Shown: piece by piece, positions 32,278-39,717 of the stretch
How positions within the stretch are numbered: the stretch's first letter is position 1
How the letters are laid out: every line of letters starts with the position of its first letter
Translations under genes and position numbers: made by a program
Assembly (NCBI GenBank): GCA_009777245.1
Contig: WRMF01000007.1
Span: forward strand, 7,037-71,036
Origin: Betaproteobacteria bacterium
GTDB taxonomy: Bacteria; Pseudomonadota; Gammaproteobacteria; Burkholderiales; Rhodocyclaceae
DNA length: 64,000 bases
Direction: 5' to 3'
The notes under the pieces: model-generated
The model's input: the letters and a program-made list of their open reading frames with translations, nothing else
The model's database searches: none
What the model was told of the DNA's origin: nothing

Positions 32278-35200
32278 ATGCCGAGAATTTTCGACAATAT
32301 CAAAACATCTTTGTTGCCAGCTCTGCAAGAGACGCTCAAGGTTGCCGAGCGCGCGGATTTTTGCGTTGGATACTTCAATCTTCGCGGCTGGCGACACCTT
32401 TCTGATTATGTTGATAAGTGGGCAGGGGGCGACGGCCAATGTTGCCGATTGCTGGTTGGTATGCACGTTGCACCGAACGATGAACTCCGGCAAGCCCTTC
32501 GTACTTGTGCGAATGGCGACAGCCTGGATAACCAGACAGTGCACCGGGAAAAACGCCGCATTGCCGAGGGGTTTCGTCAACAACTGACTTTTGGCGCTCC
32601 GACCAATAAAGATGAGGCTGTGTTGCGCCAGCTTGCGGCGCAACTTCGCGCCAGAAAGTTGGTCGTCAAGGTCTATCTGCGTACTCCATTGCATGCCAAG
32701 CTATATTTGTCGTATAGGCAAGATGCCAATAATCCGGTGACTGGCTTTCTGGGCAGTTCAAACCTGACGCTTGCCGGTCTAGTCAAACAGGGCGAACTGA
32801 ATGTTGATGTGCTTGAACATGACGCCTGCAACAAGTTGGTGGATTGGTTTGAAGAACGCTGGAATGAGAATCCCCGCTTGTGTCTTGACATCTCGCAGGA
32901 ACTCGCTGAAATCATTGATGAGAGTTGGGCGGGAGATCGTCTTGTGCTGCCGTATCATGTCTATCTCAAGATGGCCTATCACTTGGCGCAGGAAGCGAGG
33001 GCTGGTCTCTCGGAGTTTCGTATTCCTTCGGTATTTGGGGACTCGCTTTTCGATTTTCAGGTCGCGGCGGTCAAGATTGCCGCGCACCACCTGAACAAAC
33101 GTGGGGGCGTACTGATCGGGGATGTGGTTGGTTTGGGCAAATCAATGATGGCTACTGCGCTGGCAAAGATATTCGAGGATGATTACAACACTGAAACACT
33201 CATTATCTGCCCCAGGAACCTGGTTCCGATGTGGGAAGACTATGTATATCGTTATCGCCTGCGCGCCAAGGTACTGTCACTGTCAAGGGTCATCAATGAG
33301 TTGCCGGAGAAAATGCCGCGCTACCGACTGGTCTTGATTGACGAATCGCACAATCTGCGCAATAAGGAGGGCAAACGCTGGAAAGTGATCCGTGAGTATA
33401 TCGAGCGCAATGAAAGTCTGACCATTCTGCTTTCAGCCACGCCCTACAACAAGACTCACCTTGATCTTTCGGCGCAACTTGCATTGTTCCTGAATGCAGA
33501 TACCGACATAGGCATTCGCCCGGAAAAACTGCTTGCCGAGTTGGGGGGAGAACATGAATTTATTCGTCGTCACCAATGCGGCGTGCGGTCGCTGGCGGCG
33601 TTTGAAAAGAGCGAATTTACCGATGATTGGCGCGATCTTATGCGTTTGTATATGGTGCGTCGCACGCGCGGCTTCATCATGCAACACTATTCCAGCGAAG
33701 ACGAGCGCGGTAAATATCTGTTGTTTTCGGATGGGCGCAAGTCCTATTTTCCGAAGCGTCTGCCCAAAAACCTGAGCTTTGAGATTGACGATACGAATCT
33801 GTCTGACCCTTATGCGCGGTTCTATAGCGATCATGTGGTCAATGCGATCAATGAGCTGATTTTGCCGCGTTATGGACTTGGCAATTACATTGCTCCCAAG
33901 CCGAAGGCTCCGCCAACACCTGGTCAGGCCAAAATAATTGAGGGACTCTCGCGTGCCGGTATGCGCCTGAAGGGCTTTTGCCGCACCAATCTCTTCAAGC
34001 GGCTGGAGAGCGCGGGACCGGCGTTTATCCTGTCCATTGAGCGCCATATTCTGCGTAATTTCATCGTATTGCATGCTTTGGAAAACGGTCTTGATATTCC
34101 GCTTGGCGCGCAAGGCTCGGAATTGCTGGACCCGCGCCATTACGACGAAGACCAGGACGGAGCGCTTGCCGATGATGAAGGCGATGAGGAGGCCGATACC
34201 ACCATCAGTAACGGGCTGCGAAGTGAGACAGACTATCGAGCGCAAGCCGCAAAGGCGTATGCCAAGTACAGAGGCGCGTTGAAAACCCGCTTCAAATGGC
34301 TGCCTGGCTCGCTTTTTGTCAATGCTCTGGCCAATGACTTGCTTGCCGACGCAACAGCCTTGCTGGACGTGCTGCGCGCCTGCGGTGAATGGTCGCCGGA
34401 TGCGGACAACAAGCTTGCTGCCTTGATCGAGCTTATCCAGAAAAAACACCCAAGGGAAAAACTCCTCGTTTTTACCCAGTTTGCGGATACCGCCCGTTAT
34501 TTAGGCGCACAGCTAGCCGCGCGTGGTGTCAAGCAGGTAGGAGAGGTCACCGGCCATAGCGTTGACCCTACCCAACTGGCCTGGCGTTTTTCGCCTGCAT
34601 CGAGCGGCAAGCGCGAAGAAATAAAAAAGACCGACGAATTACGAGTGCTTATTGCTACTGATGTGCTCTCCGAAGGGCAAAATCTGCAAGACGCGCATAT
34701 CATCGTCAACCATGACTTGCCCTGGGCCATCATTCGCCTGATTCAGCGCGCGGGGCGGGTGGATCGTATCGGTCAGCAGTCTGATGTCATTTTGTGTTAT
34801 TCCTTTGTTCCTGCTGATGGCGTTGAGCGTCTCATCAATCTGCGCGCCCGGGTCAAGCAACGCCTGATCCAGAATGCTGAAGTTGTAGGTTCTGACGAGA
34901 GCTTTTTTGATGACGACACGGAAGAAAAATTGATTCGTGATCTCTATACGGAGAAAAACGGCATTCTGGACGATGACGATACTGAGGTCGATCTGGCGTC
35001 TTATGCCTATCAAATCTGGAAAAACGCCACGGATGCCGATCCTTCGCTTGCCACCAGGATTGAAGCTATGCCCAACGTTGTTTTTGCCACCAAAGCGCAC
35101 GAACACAGTCCGATGTCGCCCAAGGGTGTGCTGGTGTATATGCGCACTGCCCAGGACAACGATGTGCTTTCCTGGATAGATGAAGCGGGCGAGCCGGTCA

Positions 35201-35658
35201 CACAATCGCAATTTACCATTTTGAAAGCTGCTGCCTGTGCGGCGGATACCCCTGCATTGCCACGTACCGAGCGCCACCACGAACTCACGCAGCAAGGCAT
35301 GAAATATATCGCCGAAGAAGAAAAATCCTTCGGCGGCGCGCTTGGTCGTCCATCCGGCGCGCGATTCAAAACCTACGAGCGCATCAAACGGTGGCGCGAG
35401 AGACAAGGCGACACGCGCGATCTATTCATTTCCGAAGAGCGTATGCGCCTGATTGACAAGGCGATGGAAGAAATCTACCGTTATCCTCTTTATCCGTCGG
35501 CTACTGATACGCTCAATCGGCAGATCAAGGCGGGCATCAACGATGACGACCTGCTGCGGCTCGTTCTTGCGCTGCGCGAGGATGACCGCCTTTGTTTGAT
35601 TGACGAACAGGAACAGCAGCGCGAGCCGAAGTTAATCTGTTCGCTGGGGCTGGCCTGA
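32278..35658 (+). CDS. HKD (phospholipase-D-type) nuclease domain fused to an SNF2-family helicase
   Basis: 1126 aa. Single HKD motif TPLHAKLYLSY...GFLGSSNLTLAG. SNF2 motifs GDVVGLGKS (I), LIDESHNLRN (II), LLSATPYN (III) and QRAGRVDRIGQ (VI). The C-terminal region of about 300 aa is unassigned. Confidence 0.9.
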   Translation: MPRIFDNIKTSLLPALQETLKVAERADFCVGYFNLRGWRHLSDYVDKWAGGDGQCCRLLVGMHVAPNDELRQALRTCANGDSLDNQTVHREKRRIAEGFRQQLTFGAPTNKDEAVLRQLAAQLRARKLVVKVYLRTPLHAKLYLSYRQDANNPVTGFLGSSNLTLAGLVKQGELNVDVLEHDACNKLVDWFEERWNENPRLCLDISQELAEIIDESWAGDRLVLPYHVYLKMAYHLAQEARAGLSEFRIPSVFGDSLFDFQVAAVKIAAHHLNKRGGVLIGDVVGLGKSMMATALAKIFEDDYNTETLIICPRNLVPMWEDYVYRYRLRAKVLSLSRVINELPEKMPRYRLVLIDESHNLRNKEGKRWKVIREYIERNESLTILLSATPYNKTHLDLSAQLALFLNADTDIGIRPEKLLAELGGEHEFIRRHQCGVRSLAAFEKSEFTDDWRDLMRLYMVRRTRGFIMQHYSSEDERGKYLLFSDGRKSYFPKRLPKNLSFEIDDTNLSDPYARFYSDHVVNAINELILPRYGLGNYIAPKPKAPPTPGQAKIIEGLSRAGMRLKGFCRTNLFKRLESAGPAFILSIERHILRNFIVLHALENGLDIPLGAQGSELLDPRHYDEDQDGALADDEGDEEADTTISNGLRSETDYRAQAAKAYAKYRGALKTRFKWLPGSLFVNALANDLLADATALLDVLRACGEWSPDADNKLAALIELIQKKHPREKLLVFTQFADTARYLGAQLAARGVKQVGEVTGHSVDPTQLAWRFSPASSGKREEIKKTDELRVLIATDVLSEGQNLQDAHIIVNHDLPWAIIRLIQRAGRVDRIGQQSDVILCYSFVPADGVERLINLRARVKQRLIQNAEVVGSDESFFDDDTEEKLIRDLYTEKNGILDDDDTEVDLASYAYQIWKNATDADPSLATRIEAMPNVVFATKAHEHSPMSPKGVLVYMRTAQDNDVLSWIDEAGEPVTQSQFTILKAAACAADTPALPRTERHHELTQQGMKYIAEEEKSFGGALGRPSGARFKTYERIKRWRERQGDTRDLFISEERMRLIDKAMEEIYRYPLYPSATDTLNRQIKAGINDDDLLRLVLALREDDRLCLIDEQEQQREPKLICSLGLA

Positions 35659-35674
35659 AACAGGAGAAAATCCT

Positions 35675-38600
35675 ATGCACCCCGAACAATTTCAGCAACT
35701 GCTTGACCAATTCGCGCTGGAGCAGCTTTTCAACGAGCTTGGCTGGGATAGCCCTGCCTTGAAGCAACTGTCAGAAGTCAAGGTAAATGGCGAGACTTTC
35801 AAGCTTGTCCAGATAGCGCACAAGCGCGGTGTTCAGGTGTTCCTTTGTTCGCCGGATAGGCGAGGCCGGATTCCGGAGCGTTCTGTATTGCTGCAAATAG
35901 AAAAAGAAGCCGCCAGGATCGCTTATGAGCATCTGCTGATATTCGCCGACACGGACAAAACCATGTTGACGTGGTTGTGGGTCTTGCGTGCGCCGGGGCA
36001 ACCGATGCGCGCCCGTACCCACACCTGGCGCAAGGGGCAAACGGGTGAATCGCTGCGGCAAAAGCTCATGCAAATCGTTTGGAAGATCGAAGAAGAAGAG
36101 GCCATTACGCTTAACGATGTAATCACAGGTATGGGCAGAGCCTTTGATCGTGATCGAGTTACCAGGAGTTTTTATGACAAATTCAAGGATCAGCACAAAG
36201 ACTTTGCTGAATTTATCGAGGGATTGAGCGTTGTCAGCGACAGGGACTGGTATGCCTCGCTGATGTTGAATCGCCTTATGTTTGTCTATTTCATCCAGAA
36301 AAAGGGCTTTCTTGATGGCGACGACAACTATCTAGTCAATCGCATGGCAGAGGTTCGGGATACTGTCGGCAAAGGCAGATTCCACAGCTTCTACCGCCTG
36401 TTCCTGTACCGTTTATTCCATGAGGGATTTGGGCAGCCCAGGGGCGACCGCGATCAGGAGTTGAATGGTTTAATTGGCGATGTGCCGTACCTGAACGGGG
36501 GGCTTTTTTCTCTGCATGAACTTGAAGAAGCTAACCCCGATATAGACATTCCCGACGAGGCTTTCGAGCAGCTGTTTAAATTTTTCGGTAAATGGGAATG
36601 GCATCTGGACGACCGTCCGCTGGCCTCTGGACGCGAGATCAACCCTGACGTGCTCGGCTATATATTTGAGAAGTTCATCAACCAGAAGCAGATGGGGGCG
36701 TACTACACCAAGGAAGACATTACCGGATACATCAGCAGGAACACGGTGGTTCCTCACTTGCTGGAGCAGGCGCAAAAACGTTGCAAGGTGGCATTTGAAG
36801 GCGAGACATCTGTATGGAATCTGCTAAGGGACGACCCTGATAGCTACATATATCCGGCTATGAAAACCGGCGTCATTGATGCGAATGGCAAAATTGTGCC
36901 GGAAGCGGCCTTGCCGGATTTTGTGCAGACCTGCATGAAAGACCCCAGGGCGCGGATGTTTGAGCGTCGTTACAATTTGGGCGAAGCCGTGTTCCATACC
37001 GCTACCGGCGAGCGCGGCACGCTGCCTACCGAAACCTGGCGGGAATATGCGGATCGCCGCCAGCGTTGTCTGGATATTCGAGAAAAGCTGACCAACGGCA
37101 AAGTAAAAAGCGCCGACGATCTTATTACCCTGAATCTGGACATCAGCCAATTTATGCAGGATGTGATTGATACCTGCACCAGTCCTGTTCTGCTACGCGC
37201 TGTCTGGCAGGCCATTGCCGGGCGTGTGCCGGAAAAGTCCAACGGAAAATTCCGCTACGGCATTGCCATTCTCGATCCCACTTGCGGTTCCGGGGCGTTT
37301 TTGTTCGCCGCGCTCAACATTCTGGAGCCGCTCTACGAAGCCTGCCTGGATCGCATGGAAGATTTTGTCGAGGACGCAAAAAAGCTCGGCAGAGCCGGGG
37401 AAGCTGATTTCGTCAAGCTGTTGGACGAAGTGAAGGAACACCCTTCGCGCCGCTATTACATTCTCAAAAATATCATCCTGCACAATCTGTTCGGCGTGGA
37501 CATCATGCCCGAGGCGGTGGAAATCTGCAAGCTGCGCCTGTTTTTGAAGCTGGTGTCCCAGGTGGATGCGGGGCGTGATCTGGAGCCATTGCCTGATATT
37601 GACTTCAACATCCGCGCAGGCAATACTCTGGTGGGTTACGCTACCAAAGCGCAGTTTGACGCATCGGGCGATCTGGCCAGCAATCAAGCCCACAAAGACC
37701 GCATCAGAGCCGACATTGCCGACCTTTCCGAATATTTCGACCGTTTCCGTGAGCAGCAGATTGTTTATGGCGGCAAGGTTACGGCGCAGGACAAACGTAA
37801 TTTGCGCGACAAGCTCAAAGGTTTGAGCGAGGAACTTGATCGCTATCTTGCCAACGACTACGGCATTGACCCGGAGAAAAAGAAAACCTTTGATGCCTGG
37901 CGCAAAAGCCATCAGCCTTTTCATTGGTTCGCAGAGTTCTACGGTGTTATGAGTAAGGGCGGCTTTGATGTGGTGATTGGAAATCCGCCGTATGTCGCCA
38001 GAAGCAGAGTTACAGGCTACACAGTACAAGGCTATGCCACGGCAAACTGCGCGGACATCTACGCTTGGTGTCAAGAGCGCGTTATCGCCATTGCTAACTC
38101 CAAAGCTCGCACCGGCATGATCGTTCCGCTCAGCCTGTCGTTCAGTAGTGATTTCGATGTGCTGCGCAAGCTGATCTATACGCAATATAGCGCCAACTGG
38201 TTCTCGCATTTCGCGCGCATTCCAGCCGCGCTGTTTGCCGCTGATGTACGCGTGCGCAATACCATTCACATCGGCAAAATCGGCAGCGGCAACACACCAA
38301 GCCAGCAATACACATCGCGCCTGCACCGCTGGTTTGAAGTGGCACGCCCTTATCTCTTTGCCACGTTGTCTTACGCCAGCTTCACTCCAGAACGGTGGAA
38401 GCGCCGTATCCCCAAACTCAACACACAAGCGCTAATTTCTACTTTTGAACAGCTACTAGCGCCTAGCAACCGCCATACGGTTAAGTGCTGCTTGAGTCGC
38501 AGCGTCACGCCGCACCGCCTGCATTTCAAGAAGACTGCCTACAACTGGCTGTCCTTTACGCACGAAGAAGCGCCGTGCTTCGATGCACGCGGCAAGCGTG

Positions 38601-39028
38601 TGCCGCAAACGCAATATGATGATATCAGCTTTACTAGTACCGAAGAGCGCGAATTGCTATTCCACCTGCTCAACGGCAAACTCCAGTTTATCTTCTGGCT
38701 TGCTATTGGCGACGACTTTCACGTTACCAAATGGACTTTCAACGAATTACCGTTGCATCCGGTCAAGTTGTCGGCAGAGCATAAGCAGCAACTTAAAAAG
38801 CTGACTCCCGCGTTAAAAACGGCAGTGGAAAAAGCCGTACAATACAAGCTCAACGCAGGCAAGCGCGTAGGCAACTACAACCTGTCCAAATGTCGCCACA
38901 TCACCGACCAGGCAGACCACATCTATGCACAGGCTTTTGGTATGACTCATGTATGGGATGACATCGAATTACTCTACAGGCAAACGGTTAAGACTGACTT
39001 TGAAGATAATGGAGACGACGAAGCATGA
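35675..39028 (+). CDS. Eco57I-family gamma-class N6-adenine DNA methyltransferase with putative target-recognition region
   Basis: 1117 aa. Motif I ILDPTCGSGAFLFAA and motif IV VIGNPPYV. Helical pre-MTase region NRLMFVYFIQKKGFL...INPDVLGYIFEKFINQKQMGAYYT. A GGAG SD lies 9 nt upstream. Confidence 0.9.
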   Translation: MHPEQFQQLLDQFALEQLFNELGWDSPALKQLSEVKVNGETFKLVQIAHKRGVQVFLCSPDRRGRIPERSVLLQIEKEAARIAYEHLLIFADTDKTMLTWLWVLRAPGQPMRARTHTWRKGQTGESLRQKLMQIVWKIEEEEAITLNDVITGMGRAFDRDRVTRSFYDKFKDQHKDFAEFIEGLSVVSDRDWYASLMLNRLMFVYFIQKKGFLDGDDNYLVNRMAEVRDTVGKGRFHSFYRLFLYRLFHEGFGQPRGDRDQELNGLIGDVPYLNGGLFSLHELEEANPDIDIPDEAFEQLFKFFGKWEWHLDDRPLASGREINPDVLGYIFEKFINQKQMGAYYTKEDITGYISRNTVVPHLLEQAQKRCKVAFEGETSVWNLLRDDPDSYIYPAMKTGVIDANGKIVPEAALPDFVQTCMKDPRARMFERRYNLGEAVFHTATGERGTLPTETWREYADRRQRCLDIREKLTNGKVKSADDLITLNLDISQFMQDVIDTCTSPVLLRAVWQAIAGRVPEKSNGKFRYGIAILDPTCGSGAFLFAALNILEPLYEACLDRMEDFVEDAKKLGRAGEADFVKLLDEVKEHPSRRYYILKNIILHNLFGVDIMPEAVEICKLRLFLKLVSQVDAGRDLEPLPDIDFNIRAGNTLVGYATKAQFDASGDLASNQAHKDRIRADIADLSEYFDRFREQQIVYGGKVTAQDKRNLRDKLKGLSEELDRYLANDYGIDPEKKKTFDAWRKSHQPFHWFAEFYGVMSKGGFDVVIGNPPYVARSRVTGYTVQGYATANCADIYAWCQERVIAIANSKARTGMIVPLSLSFSSDFDVLRKLIYTQYSANWFSHFARIPAALFAADVRVRNTIHIGKIGSGNTPSQQYTSRLHRWFEVARPYLFATLSYASFTPERWKRRIPKLNTQALISTFEQLLAPSNRHTVKCCLSRSVTPHRLHFKKTAYNWLSFTHEEAPCFDARGKRVPQTQYDDISFTSTEERELLFHLLNGKLQFIFWLAIGDDFHVTKWTFNELPLHPVKLSAEHKQQLKKLTPALKTAVEKAVQYKLNAGKRVGNYNLSKCRHITDQADHIYAQAFGMTHVWDDIELLYRQTVKTDFEDNGDDEA

Positions 39029-39522
39029 AACCCTTGCCCATCGCCTTGCCGCCTCAATGCGCCCGGCGGATAGAGCCTGAAATTGCCGAGCGAATCGTCG
39101 GCGTCGGCAATGCGGATTTACTTGAAACACACTTGCTTGGTTTCGTCGCTTCACGCGAATGCCCCGGTCATGTCCTGCTCGAAATTCTCGACCGCATACC
39201 GGAATGGGTAGAAGCCAACCGCGTCATCATCAGCGGTTTTCACTCGCCGCTGGAACAACAGGTGTTGCGCTCGACGCTACGCCGCAACGGGCGCGTGGTC
39301 AAGGCGCTGGCGCGGAGCATGAGCGACTACCGACCAACCGCCGAAGAGCGCGAACCACTGGCGGATGGCAGGATGCTGGTCATTACCGCCTGCCTGCCGA
39401 AAGTGCGCCGCGTCACCCGCGAAACCGCGCTGGCGCGCAACCGCCTGGTATTGGCTCTGGCAACGGAGATTGTCGCGCCCTATCTCTCCGCCAGCAGCCC
39501 GCTTGCCGACATGTTGATTTAG
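39025..39522 (+). CDS. Stand-alone DprA/Smf-like Rossmann (SLOG) domain protein
   Basis: 165 aa. By-eye alignment to the DprA core: LGFVASRECPG (vs IGSR), VIISGFHSPLEQ (vs SGxAxGID), ALARNRLVLALATEIVAP (vs ARNRiIaaLsd.vvV). ATGA overlap with the MTase stop. Confidence 0.7.
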   Translation: MKPLPIALPPQCARRIEPEIAERIVGVGNADLLETHLLGFVASRECPGHVLLEILDRIPEWVEANRVIISGFHSPLEQQVLRSTLRRNGRVVKALARSMSDYRPTAEEREPLADGRMLVITACLPKVRRVTRETALARNRLVLALATEIVAPYLSASSPLADMLI

Positions 39523-39717
39523 AGGCGTACACCCCAAGCTATCCAGAATGGCTGAATCGCTGCCATGATCATCTATCCGCCCGAAAAGCATTCATGATGA
39601 AATGCGAAAATCATTGCATTGCGTGCTGCGAACGCCGCGAACGCGAATGTCTGAAAATTTGCTATCCTGTTATTTCTTCATGGAGTATGCGGTTTATTTT
39701 CACAGGCAAAGGACAAC

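Noticed and set aside
33433-34449. 338-aa minus-strand ORF inside the PLD-SNF2 gene (likewise 37193..38428, 411 aa, and 40939..41871, 310 aa, inside the methylase genes)
   Set aside because: All three are antisense to frames carrying complete helicase or MTase motif sets. They have no motifs of their own and no plausible RBS context.
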